Shown: positions 18,683 through 26,860 of the stretch, one piece after another
How the letters are laid out: each line of letters begins with the position of its first letter
How positions within the stretch are numbered: the first letter of the stretch is position 1
Source: Thiohalobacter sp.
GTDB taxonomy: Bacteria; Pseudomonadota; Gammaproteobacteria; DSM-19610
Assembly (NCBI GenBank): GCA_027080445.1
Contig: JALWRY010000496.1
Location: 1 to 33,865, forward strand
DNA: 33,865 bases
Direction of reading: 5' to 3'
Made by a program: the position numbers and the translations under genes
The notes under the pieces: generated by a model
What the model was told of the DNA's origin: nothing
What the model saw: the letters and a program-made list of their open reading frames with translations, nothing else
Databases searched by the model: none

Positions 18683-18696
18683 TTAAGCCAGATCAA
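18683..18696 (-). promoter_or_regulatory. FNR/Anr-like box for ubiT
   Basis: TTGAT-CTGG-CTTAA on the minus strand (8/10 to TTGAT-N4-ATCAA), with -10-like TATAGT at 18661-18656 at roughly class II spacing. Confidence 0.6.
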
Positions 18697-18707
18697 GGTT
18701 TATGCAG

Positions 18708-18968
18708 ATGAAAAAACTGAAACATGAATCCGGGTTGGTCAAGGAAGCCATTCTTGCCGGTATGAAATACGGCGAGGAACGTGGTGTCGTCGAATTCGAA
18801 CCGACTGATTCAGCACACGAAAAAATAGAGTATATCTATCGCCTGCTGGTGCACGACAAACTGATACAGCCCTTGCCCGAAGACCAGGTATCGCAAAAAT
18901 CCATGCGTCACCGGCTGGCGATCTGGGTGTCCAAACAGCTGCCCAAAGATCACCCGCTGCTGAAATAG
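18708..18968 (+). CDS. DUF5062-like small conserved protein
   Basis: MKKLKHE...YIYRLLVHDKLIQPLP...RLAIW...DHPLL resembles DUF5062 as I recall it. Start 18702 or 18708. Confidence 0.65.
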   Translation: MKKLKHESGLVKEAILAGMKYGEERGVVEFEPTDSAHEKIEYIYRLLVHDKLIQPLPEDQVSQKSMRHRLAIWVSKQLPKDHPLLK

Positions 18969-19131
18969 CCTCCACGCCTAGGCCATACACGCCCAAGGGG
19001 CTACAAACTGCGCCGGGGAATCGCGCAATATTTTAGTGGTATTTGGCCGCATAATTCTGGCGGGCGTGGCGTCTCCACGAGAAAATTTTTGCCGGTCCGG
19101 CTATCATTGGGCCTCTTTCAAAGTGGTCTAT

Positions 19132-20379
19132 ATGATGTCATCCAGCAAGCTTCCCCTCTCCCGACACCCGACACGCGCCGTCAACATCGGCAAGGTCACG
19201 GTCGGCGGCAATGCGCCGGTTGTCGTGCAATCCATGACCAACACCGACACGGCCAGTGTCCAGGACACTGTGTCACAGGTCGCGCAGCTGGCAAAAGCCG
19301 GATCGGAGCTGGTACGCCTTACCGTCAACAGCGATGCCGCGGCTGCGGCCGTACCGGCTATCCGGGAACAACTGGATGCCATGAACCTGGATGTCCCCCT
19401 GATTGGCGATTTCCATTTCAATGGCCACAAGCTGCTGGCCGGTCACCCGGAATGCGCCAGGGCGCTGGGCAAGTACCGCATCAACCCCGGCAACGTGGGA
19501 CGCGGCAAGAAACGTGACGAGCAGTTTGCCAGCATGATCGAGACGGCCTGCCGCTATGACAAGCCGGTGCGGATTGGCGTTAACTGGGGCAGCCTCGACC
19601 AGGCGCTGGTCGTGCGCCTGATGGACGAGAACAGTCGTGCGGCCCAGCCGCGCGATACGCAGGATATTATTCACGAGGCCATGGTCACGTCGGCGCTGGA
19701 CAATGCCGCGCGTGCCGAGGAGCTGGGGCTTGGGCGTGAACGTATTATCCTGTCCGTCAAAATGAGTGGTGTACAGGACCTGATTGCGGTCTACCGTACC
19801 CTGGCTAAACGTTGTGACTATGCCCTGCACCTGGGGCTGACCGAAGCAGGCATGGGCGCGAAGGGCATCGTGGCCTCGACTGCGGCACTATCCGTACTGC
19901 TACAGGAAGGTATTGGCGATACGATACGCATTTCACTGACCCCTGAACCGGGTGGCAGTCGTACTGAAGAAGTGCGCGTGGCGCAGGAAATCCTGCAGTC
20001 CATGGGCTTGCGCGCCTTCACACCCAGCGTGGTCGCCTGCCCCGGCTGTGGCCGCACTTCCAGTGATTATTTCCAGAAACTTGCCCAGGACATCCAGCAC
20101 TACCTGCGTGAACAGATGCCGGTGTGGCGCAGACAACACCCGGGTGTGGAAGACATGACTGTCGCTGTCATGGGCTGTGTCGTGAATGGTCCGGGCGAGA
20201 GCAAGCACGCCAATATCGGCATCAGCCTGCCCGGTACCGGTGAACGACCGGTGGCGCCGGTGTATGTGGATGGAGAAAAAACCGTTACGCTGAAAGGCGA
20301 CCACATTGCCGAGGAGTTCCAGCAACTGGTCGACCGTTACGTCGCCGAGCACTACGAAAGCACATCAACAACAGGCTGA
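19132..20379 (+). CDS. ispG: Flavodoxin-dependent HMBPP synthase IspG (GcpE)
   Basis: [58 protein letters not shown] and [10 protein letters not shown]. Confidence 0.97.
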   Translation: MMSSSKLPLSRHPTRAVNIGKVTVGGNAPVVVQSMTNTDTASVQDTVSQVAQLAKAGSELVRLTVNSDAAAAAVPAIREQLDAMNLDVPLIGDFHFNGHKLLAGHPECARALGKYRINPGNVGRGKKRDEQFASMIETACRYDKPVRIGVNWGSLDQALVVRLMDENSRAAQPRDTQDIIHEAMVTSALDNAARAEELGLGRERIILSVKMSGVQDLIAVYRTLAKRCDYALHLGLTEAGMGAKGIVASTAALSVLLQEGIGDTIRISLTPEPGGSRTEEVRVAQEILQSMGLRAFTPSVVACPGCGRTSSDYFQKLAQDIQHYLREQMPVWRRQHPGVEDMTVAVMGCVVNGPGESKHANIGISLPGTGERPVAPVYVDGEKTVTLKGDHIAEEFQQLVDRYVAEHYESTSTTG

Positions 20380-20391
20380 TGATCGACTGAG

Positions 20392-21690
20392 TCAGTGCAC
20401 TTCTTCCAGGGGTGAGACCCTGGCCACCCGATCCTGGTTATCGAAAATCCTGCACAGTGTCAGCAGGGCATCACGCCCCCGGTCCAGGGTACGGATCTCG
20501 CGCTCACCGAGCATCAGCCTTCCCTGCTGCTCCAGTTCCCGCAACCGGGGAAGTTCCGCTTCAAAATAGCGTGAGAATATAATGCCCCAGCGTTCTTCCA
20601 GTGCCTCGATATCAAATCGTTCATTCACCAGCAAGGCCGACATCACGCTGCGCCGCAACACGTCATCCGACTCCAGTTCGACACCACTTTCGGTGGGTAT
20701 TTCTCCCAGGTTCACCAGCTGCTGGTAGTCCGCCCGTTGCAAGGCATTCCGGCTGCTGGCGTCCTCAAGGACAGAAACCGCACCCGGTCCCGCACCAATG
20801 ATGTCCAGCCCCCTGATATTGGTATACCCCAGTGGTGACCAGTGTAATGGCGCGCCTGATCCCAATGAAGGGTCAGCTGCCGTGACGTACCAGTCCATCC
20901 CGAGATGATGGTAGCCCAACCCTGCCAGGATGCCCGGGCGCAGTAATGACAACGGGGTGGTCGTACTGTCCTGGCGGGGCCCTGTCACCATCAGGCGGAG
21001 GCATTCTGCGCGGGTTTGCGCCAGGAAGGTTTCGATACGCCGCACCAGCGCATCAGACACGACGGCCGGCAACATCAGGTCGACGGCCAGTGCGCGGTAA
21101 CCGAGATTTCTGGCCTCGACCAGCAGGTGCCCGGCATGCCCGAATTCGGACAGCCGCTCTGCCTCGTGCTGGCGCGGTTGCGACAGGTCAACGCCAAGAC
21201 GGATCTTGCTGAAACCCAGTACACGCAATAACTTCAGGCGCGCGACGGAAGGTCGGGTTTTCCCAAAGCAGGCGCACCAGCGTGCAAATGCCGCCGGGGC
21301 CAGGGTAAATGCTTGCTGGATACTGCTGGTCAGATCATACAGCGCATCGTTGCTCCAGCCGGTTGTGATCGCCGGCGCGCACACAATGCCCTCCAGCGGC
21401 CGATCCCGGTCAAACAGGGCGCCCTGGAGATGTATTTCCCGCGTAATCGCCGCATGCCAGTCAAGTTGACGCGCGCTGGTATCCCTGCCCCCCGCATGCG
21501 TGCTGTCCTGCACGACCAGCATCAGTGGCGCAGGAACCGGATCTCCATTGCTTCGGGACACCCATTCACGATAGTCAGAGGCATCGTACTCACGGGTAAA
21601 CGATGAGATACCCGGGTACAGCCCGCAATAGGGCTCGAACAGCTCCGGGATACCTGTTTCGTTGCGTGATAGTTCCTTGGATTTCCCCAT
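20392..21690 (-). CDS. Divergent HemN-like protein lacking the CxxxCxxC radical-SAM motif
   Basis: HemN-like landmarks: LGFSKIRLGV, GYHHLGMDWY, LHWSPLGYT, GAGPGAVS, DDVLRRSVMSAL, FSRYFEAEL and CRIFD. PLMLVVQDSTHAGG replaces the PLSLYxHIPFCxxxCxxC segment. Start at ATG 21690 because the longer ORF runs into the att repeat. Confidence 0.75.
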   Translation of the reverse strand: MGKSKELSRNETGIPELFEPYCGLYPGISSFTREYDASDYREWVSRSNGDPVPAPLMLVVQDSTHAGGRDTSARQLDWHAAITREIHLQGALFDRDRPLEGIVCAPAITTGWSNDALYDLTSSIQQAFTLAPAAFARWCACFGKTRPSVARLKLLRVLGFSKIRLGVDLSQPRQHEAERLSEFGHAGHLLVEARNLGYRALAVDLMLPAVVSDALVRRIETFLAQTRAECLRLMVTGPRQDSTTTPLSLLRPGILAGLGYHHLGMDWYVTAADPSLGSGAPLHWSPLGYTNIRGLDIIGAGPGAVSVLEDASSRNALQRADYQQLVNLGEIPTESGVELESDDVLRRSVMSALLVNERFDIEALEERWGIIFSRYFEAELPRLRELEQQGRLMLGEREIRTLDRGRDALLTLCRIFDNQDRVARVSPLEEVH

Positions 21691-21747
21691 ACGATATATC
21701 CGTCCAGTGACGGTTTTGCATGGTATTACTCCTGCAATGACACCACC

Positions 21748-21761
21748 TTGACGCAGATCAA
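21748..21761 (-). promoter_or_regulatory. FNR/Anr box for the hemN-like gene
   Basis: TTGAT-CTGC-GTCAA (9/10). TACCAT at 21725-21720 falls exactly at -12..-7 if the box is centred at -41.5. Confidence 0.8.
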
Positions 21762-21786
21762 AGGGAAGCGGAAGGTATGAAATCGG

Positions 21787-21839
21787 GATAAATGGAGCCG
21801 GTGAGAGGAGTCGAACCCCCGACAAACTGATTACAAGTC
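21787..21839. repeat. Distal att site: duplicated 3' half of tRNA-Thr
   Basis: GATAAATGGAGCCGGTGAGAGGAGTCGAACCCCCGACAAACTGATTACAAGTC, identical to 29648-29700. Confidence 0.97.
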
Positions 21840-21953
21840 CAGCCCAACGGGCAAAATACCACCAGCAACAACACGGGGCAATAATCAAAACAGCAGCTTA
21901 TCCCGCCCCTTTGCTTGCAGGTTCTTGTGGATAACTGCCATAATTTGCCGGTG

Positions 21954-21974
21954 AGTGCGCCACCAGTGCGCCAT
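21954..21974 (+). repeat. Tandem integrase arm-type sites (distal arm)
   Basis: AGTGCGCCACCAGTGCGCCAT: two AGTGCGCC units at 11-bp period, 20/21 identical to 29589-29609. Confidence 0.75.
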
Positions 21975-22093
21975 GAGAAGGGGTACCCCCCCCCTTCCTG
22001 CATACGCGGTAATGCTGATAGCCCGCTCTCACTTTTTACGGCCATTTTTTCTGCACATCAGTCACGGCATAAAACACGCTTGGAGCTGCGCAA

Positions 22094-22384
22094 ATGAGCA
22101 AATTCTGGGACTTTGACGACAACGGCGTTTTCACTATCTCCGATGTCTACGGTTTCTTCCTACTACCCGGTAACTTATTTGCCAATTACATCCAGCACAC
22201 CTGGATTGGAACGTTTTTTGAAATGAAACCGACAGTCTATGATAGCTGGGATATGGTGCTTACTTCATCAGCTATCTGGATTTTCATCGGTTTGTTTATC
22301 TGGTGGTTTATTGATGCTACCTGTGAAACTGTCCAAGACTGGAAAGCCGCGATAGACAAAAAATTTCATCCGAAAGATGACTAA
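22094..22384 (+). CDS. Small membrane protein with an N-terminal DxDxNG Ca-binding-like motif (island cargo)
   Basis: GGAG RBS upstream, DFDDNGVFTISD motif, and hydrophobic AIWIFIGLFIWWFI segment. Confidence 0.6.
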   Translation: MSKFWDFDDNGVFTISDVYGFFLLPGNLFANYIQHTWIGTFFEMKPTVYDSWDMVLTSSAIWIFIGLFIWWFIDATCETVQDWKAAIDKKFHPKDD

Positions 22385-22463
22385 CCTGGTAAAGAAAGGC
22401 GCTGAAAAGTCTGTAATCTTAAATTTGTAATGGTAATGGGCTGACACCGAAGTTTGTGACTAG

Positions 22464-22715
22464 TTAAGCTGAATACTTACTTTCAAGTTCATTTAAGATA
22501 CGCTGAACGCAAAGCCGGGTAATGTTTAATTCGCCAGTAACGGACTTAAGCTCATGCAACTGCTGCTCATCTACGACCTTCGTAGTATATTTTAACGCTA
22601 GGTCGATGCGATTAGACATGAGACTTAGAGCTCTATTTGTCTCTACAAGTTGCTTGGCGATAATCACAAGTGCAATGAGGATTCCAGAAAGTAGTATCAA
22701 TATTAACAATGACAT
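22464..22715 (-). CDS. Small single-TM coiled-coil protein (island cargo)
   Basis: N-terminal hydrophobic helix MSLLILILLSGILIALVII, then an amphipathic helical region. AAGGGG RBS-like sequence upstream. Confidence 0.6.
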   Translation of the reverse strand: MSLLILILLSGILIALVIIAKQLVETNRALSLMSNRIDLALKYTTKVVDEQQLHELKSVTGELNITRLCVQRILNELESKYSA

Positions 22716-22795
22716 TAGCTTCCCCTTATAGAGATGCCTGTTCTACACAGTAAAGCAGATTGCGCCATTCATATCGACGATTACAAGTGAACACG

Positions 22796-23305
22796 ATGAA
22801 AATAATTCAAACATTGACGTTCATTTTTATTGCGGCCCTGTTATTTTATAGGAGTTCACCTTCCGATCAGTACACCACGTTGTATTCAATAAATTGCCCT
22901 GGAGGTTTTGAACGTGCGGATTATTCTTGTGTGACGGGAAAACCTATATTTTCTACTATACGATTTCATGTCGATTTCGAAACTCAAACTGTTGTAGCCA
23001 ACCATGTCAAACATCACCCAATTGTTATTGGCAATTTTAATAAAAAGACGGGGACGCTTGAACCCTTGCCTTACGGAAAACCAATATATAATAACGATGG
23101 TTACAATAGGAAATTGTACAATTGCGTGGTCTTTAATGCACGGAATTGGCAATGTAGCGAACCTTCCGAAAACGGAATATATGTAGCAAATGCAGGAAGG
23201 GTTGATTTCCATTATTCAGGTAACACACAACCACAACAAGTTGAAACATACTACGTTGATGAAGACGTGTACCGGGAACAAAAAGAGATTTCAAAAATAC
23301 GTTGA
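22796..23305 (+). CDS. Exported/periplasmic hypothetical protein with four Cys (island cargo)
   Basis: Signal or anchor MKIIQTLTFIFIAALLFY, then Cys pairs (NC..SC, NCVVFNARNWQC). AT-rich. Confidence 0.65.
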   Translation: MKIIQTLTFIFIAALLFYRSSPSDQYTTLYSINCPGGFERADYSCVTGKPIFSTIRFHVDFETQTVVANHVKHHPIVIGNFNKKTGTLEPLPYGKPIYNNDGYNRKLYNCVVFNARNWQCSEPSENGIYVANAGRVDFHYSGNTQPQQVETYYVDEDVYREQKEISKIR

Positions 23306-23382
23306 AACAGCTCTTTTCTGAAACCAAACAGTTTGGCATAAGTTAGCAAGCGATAACTCCCTGACAACAAACAGCTAAGTAT

Positions 23383-23808
23383 CTATACCCGCGTAAATAA
23401 TCGGCAACTGGAAATAGCGGTTTTATTCGTCACATCCTGCCCGGAATGAGTGCAAACCCGGCCGTTCAGGTGAATACAAGACTGACAGCAGGCCGCAAGG
23501 CCACCCGGTTCAAAACAGGCGCAGTTCCGCCATATCAGCGGCGACAGTACCCCGAAATAATCCATACCTTCACTGCAAGCCCCCCAGCCGGCAAAGTACC
23601 GGCAGGCAACACACTGCACCAAGTGAGCATGGTTTGGCTTTCCAAGGCGTTCAGGCTTCGGGTTGGCAGCACCCTGCAAAAACAATTCGCACTTCCTTGA
23701 ATGACGACTACCTGAGACTGTACGCTTTCTTGCCTTGCACCAATGATCCGGGCCAAGGTTCAGGCATTCGGCACAGTTTGGCAGTCCCTCTCCCTCTTTC
23801 TCTCTCAT
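23383..23808 (-). CDS. Cys-rich protein with three C-x2-C-x7/8-C-x15/17-C-x2-F repeats
   Basis: GAGG RBS, starts 6 bp after the upstream stop, and the repeats are visible in the translation. Confidence 0.7.
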   Translation of the reverse strand: MREKEGEGLPNCAECLNLGPDHWCKARKRTVSGSRHSRKCELFLQGAANPKPERLGKPNHAHLVQCVACRYFAGWGACSEGMDYFGVLSPLIWRNCACFEPGGLAACCQSCIHLNGRVCTHSGQDVTNKTAISSCRLFTRV

Positions 23809-23814
23809 AATTCC

Positions 23815-24144
23815 TCAAGCATGTGTCACCAGCGCCAACCTGCGGCTGTAAACCTCCAGCAGTTCACTACGCGCAGCGGTTAATGTCACTGCGTCAGTCA
23901 GGTATGTGCCGCCACCTTCGCCGTTGTGCAGCCGGAAACGGTAGGCATGGCGCAACGGCTTAATTGTGTTTTTCTCCAACGAAACCTTTTTTTTGGGTAA
24001 CGTTGGTAACGCGGGTAACGATTTTTCTAACTCATTGTTCTTATGATTGTTTTGTTTTTTTTCAAGCGTTACACATTCCCTGTTACGTTGGGTTACATGG
24101 GTTACATAATCGGGTAGCAAGTCGTCAAAGTAGTCAGTCCGCAT
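23815..24144 (-). CDS. Hypothetical protein downstream of the primase-helicase (overlaps iteron array)
   Basis: ATG 24144 overlaps the end of the primase gene. The C-terminal half (HAYRFRLHNGEGGGTYLTD...) looks protein-like. Confidence 0.55.
   Translation of the reverse strand: MRTDYFDDLLPDYVTHVTQRNRECVTLEKKQNNHKNNELEKSLPALPTLPKKKVSLEKNTIKPLRHAYRFRLHNGEGGGTYLTDAVTLTAARSELLEVYSRRLALVTHA
23996..24105. repeat. Putative replication origin: inverted GTAAC/GTTAC iteron sets around a T-rich spacer
   Basis: GTAAC at 23997, 24006 and 24015 (9-bp period); GTTAC at 24068, 24082, 24092 and 24101; AT-rich spacer between them. Confidence 0.65.
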
Positions 24145-26860
24145 TGTCTGATCCACATATGCTTGTGAAGTGATAACAGCGTGTCGGCCCCATATCACCA
24201 AGCCGATGAACAGACGTATGTTTGCCGTCCCTGCCAGGTTTTATCATCCCGCGTTCAACGCATAAGCGCGCAACGAATCGCGCATCGAGTCCGGTGCAAA
24301 CTTCTGATCTCCAAACCTCTGGCAGCAGGAAATATTCAGCCGTTCCGTCCTGGGTCTCGCGCTTGAATCCGGCACGGTTTATCGTCGGCCTGCTCTCGTC
24401 ACCGTCCAGCCGCGAGAAACGGCTGTTCCCGTGCAACTCGAAAAATTCTCTTACTTGCGCAAGTGCTGTCTTTTCTTCCTGCGAACCAGCACCGCCGCGA
24501 TTGTCCAACCAAGCACGGAAACAAACGCTTGCCGCCTGCGTCGCTGCGCCACGCTCCCAACCTGTCAAATTAAGCCCCGTTGCCAACTCACCACCAGCGG
24601 CGATAAGCGCAAACCTATCGCAAACTCTGCGAGCCTGCCCGTCGGCATTGTTTGGTAACGATTCGCCTGTGAAGTCTGCTCGTAAGGAGCGCAGCCGCTC
24701 CCACAGCTTGTCGCGGTTCATATCTACCAGCGCCGCCAGAAATGCCCGCACGGGTGTTCCATAATTCGTGCGTGCAGCGTCCTTTATCGAGTCAGCCAAT
24801 GCAGCACCATCAGGGTAGCCGTGCAGGACTTCAAACAATCCGTATTCTGCACCTGCATCGGCCGGAATATCAGCCAGCCGTACCTCTTGCCCGGCGCGTG
24901 CTTTCTTTCCTGCTTCGCGCATGTGCTGGGCCAGTCCGATTTCACCAGCAGACAAAAACAGCAATCTCCACGTAGATTTCGGCTTTGCCATCCCGTCACG
25001 CCTTGCCCGTTGCTTGCCTGTCCCGTTCGCGAGCATATAGGCCACGTTCCCGGCTTCGCGTGCGTCCACCTGCGCCAGTTCATCGAGACACAGCAGCGCG
25101 TCATTGTGTACCGTGGCGGTGGCTTCTAGGCCGTTGGTTGTCGCCCGCCAGCGTTGCAGGTAATCAGGCCCGCCCCATACTGAAACCGCCGCCGCCAGCG
25201 CCGTGGTTTTCCCGGTGCTACTTGCACCCTGAAAGTTAAGCCCGCCGGACTCATCGCCTGTAATATCCAGCAGCGGCGCGGCAAATGCCGCAGAGACAGC
25301 AAGCGTTAAGCGGGAATTGCCAATGCAAAAACGGCCAACACCTGCACGCCACTGCTCAAGGTTGCCAGCGGTGCGCATCGCGGCCGGTTCGTGCAGGCTT
25401 TGAAGTAACAGGCGCTCGCCATTCTCGCCCAGGGTTTCATCGGCCAACACGAAAGCGTCATCGTGCCATCCGGTTTTATTGACACAGCGCGCCCGTGCCG
25501 TGACGGGTGCGGTTTGTATGTATTCAGTGAGCCGTTGCCGCGCTTGGAGACTGGGTGCGATTTCAAGGCCCATTGATAACAGTGCCCGCCGGTACTCGCC
25601 ACCATCGCCTGCCAACAGTTCTAATGGCATCGCCCAGCGGTGCGGGTGATTGTCGTTGTCGTTGAATTCAAGCAGACGGCCCCACGCGTTGCCGTCGGCG
25701 TCGCGCGTCATTGCGGTTATGTGCAGCGGTGAGCATACCCAGGCCGGTGGTAATGCCTCGCCGTTTTTGTCGGTGCCGTGGTAATAAATGCCGGTGGTGT
25801 CCAGGGTGAAGCGTTCCGGCAGTTCAGGTGCAGGCTTGCCGGGTTTCTGGATTTCCTGCCATGCCTCTGGATCAGCAAGTAACGCCGCGCCGGTTTCAGC
25901 AGTCCACGTTACGTCCGCCGCGTCGCCTTTCGTCGGCATCGGTTCCGGCAGTTTTTCAATTCGTAGCACGGTGACATTATCGGCACCAGCCGCATACGCA
26001 AGTTTTGCGATTTCATCAGCATAGGCTTTGCCCTGCTCGTCATTGTCCGGCCAGATCAGGACAGCACGGCCTTTCAGTGGCGACAGATCAGCCTTGCCCG
26101 CAGCCTTCGCGCCGTTGGGTGTTGTTGTGGTTACACAGTCAGGAAGTAAACCGGCGGCAGCTTCGGCGGCTTTTTCACCTTCACAAATTAGTACCGGTGC
26201 ATCCGGCCTGTTAGTAAGGTGGTGCAGGTTGTATAGCGGACGCGGTGCCTGTATGCCTTTCCACCACCAGGCTTTGCCGTCATAGGTGTGTGGCAGTATT
26301 TGCTTGTCGTTTGGCGTGTCGAAGCGGCAAACGTAAAACAGCGGCCTGCCTTGTACGTCGTGATACGTCCACGTTATAGAAGGTTCTCCATGCGCCGGGT
26401 GTTTGAATGTCGGCGGTGGTGCGGTTTCGGGTATTGGCGTTACCCTTGTAACCCTCGTGTTACACTTTTGGATAACGCTTTCAGTATCATGTAACTTACT
26501 GTTTTTTATCTGTGTTTTATTATCCGTTACCCTTGTTACCCTTGTTACCCTTTTTTTTGAATGTAACCCGAGAAAATCAGCTAATCGGCTTTCAGCTTCG
26601 GACTGTTGGCAATTATCCAGATATGCAACCAGCGAAACAAAATCGCCGCCCGCATCGTCGGTGGCGAAGTCGGCCCACGCCCCGGTGGTGGTGTTGATTC
26701 TGAAACTGCCTGAGTTGTTATCCGTGCGCGTCGGGTTAATCGCGGTGTACTCCGGCCCGTTGTATTTCCCGCCCGGTAGCCACTGGCGCAATACCATGTC
26801 AGCGGCAGCCAAAGCAGCGGCGGCGGTTCTCTCAAAGTCGCGGGAATGTACAGAATTCAT
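24134..26860 (-). CDS. Primase-helicase (ZBD-like N-terminus, Toprim, DUF927 / Cch-like ATPase)
   Basis: NPTRTD..GSFRIN...GAWADFA...GGD; Toprim ICEGEKAA and WPDNDEQG; DUF927-like WGRLLEF and TGWH; Walker A GASSTGKT; Walker B LCLDE; GQEVR. Confidence 0.88.
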   Translation of the reverse strand: MNSVHSRDFERTAAAALAAADMVLRQWLPGGKYNGPEYTAINPTRTDNNSGSFRINTTTGAWADFATDDAGGDFVSLVAYLDNCQQSEAESRLADFLGLHSKKRVTRVTRVTDNKTQIKNSKLHDTESVIQKCNTRVTRVTPIPETAPPPTFKHPAHGEPSITWTYHDVQGRPLFYVCRFDTPNDKQILPHTYDGKAWWWKGIQAPRPLYNLHHLTNRPDAPVLICEGEKAAEAAAGLLPDCVTTTTPNGAKAAGKADLSPLKGRAVLIWPDNDEQGKAYADEIAKLAYAAGADNVTVLRIEKLPEPMPTKGDAADVTWTAETGAALLADPEAWQEIQKPGKPAPELPERFTLDTTGIYYHGTDKNGEALPPAWVCSPLHITAMTRDADGNAWGRLLEFNDNDNHPHRWAMPLELLAGDGGEYRRALLSMGLEIAPSLQARQRLTEYIQTAPVTARARCVNKTGWHDDAFVLADETLGENGERLLLQSLHEPAAMRTAGNLEQWRAGVGRFCIGNSRLTLAVSAAFAAPLLDITGDESGGLNFQGASSTGKTTALAAAVSVWGGPDYLQRWRATTNGLEATATVHNDALLCLDELAQVDAREAGNVAYMLANGTGKQRARRDGMAKPKSTWRLLFLSAGEIGLAQHMREAGKKARAGQEVRLADIPADAGAEYGLFEVLHGYPDGAALADSIKDAARTNYGTPVRAFLAALVDMNRDKLWERLRSLRADFTGESLPNNADGQARRVCDRFALIAAGGELATGLNLTGWERGAATQAASVCFRAWLDNRGGAGSQEEKTALAQVREFFELHGNSRFSRLDGDESRPTINRAGFKRETQDGTAEYFLLPEVWRSEVCTGLDARFVARLCVERGMIKPGRDGKHTSVHRLGDMGPTRCYHFTSICGSDNAD
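26439..26567. repeat. Second GTTAC/GTAAC array inside the primase gene
   Basis: GTWAC at 26439, 26448, 26459, 26491, 26526, 26535, 26544 and 26563. (GTTACCCTT)x3 at 26526-26552. AT-rich middle. Confidence 0.7.

Noticed and set aside
21787-21839. Second tRNA-Thr gene
   Set aside because: Only the 3' half is present (no D-arm or 5' acceptor strand); it is the att duplication.
21691-21888. N-terminal extension of the HemN-like ORF, including CCC
   Set aside because: It runs through the FNR promoter and att repeat. These Cys come from island DNA and are not a radical-SAM motif.
21977-22050. Lambda-like cos site
   Set aside because: Only vague similarity to cosQ/cosN, and no terminase gene is present; it cannot be supported from sequence alone.
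23996-26567. CRISPR array or simple microsatellite
   Set aside because: Units are 5-9 bp without unique spacers and are arranged in inverted sets, which fits iterons better. No CRISPR array was seen in the window.
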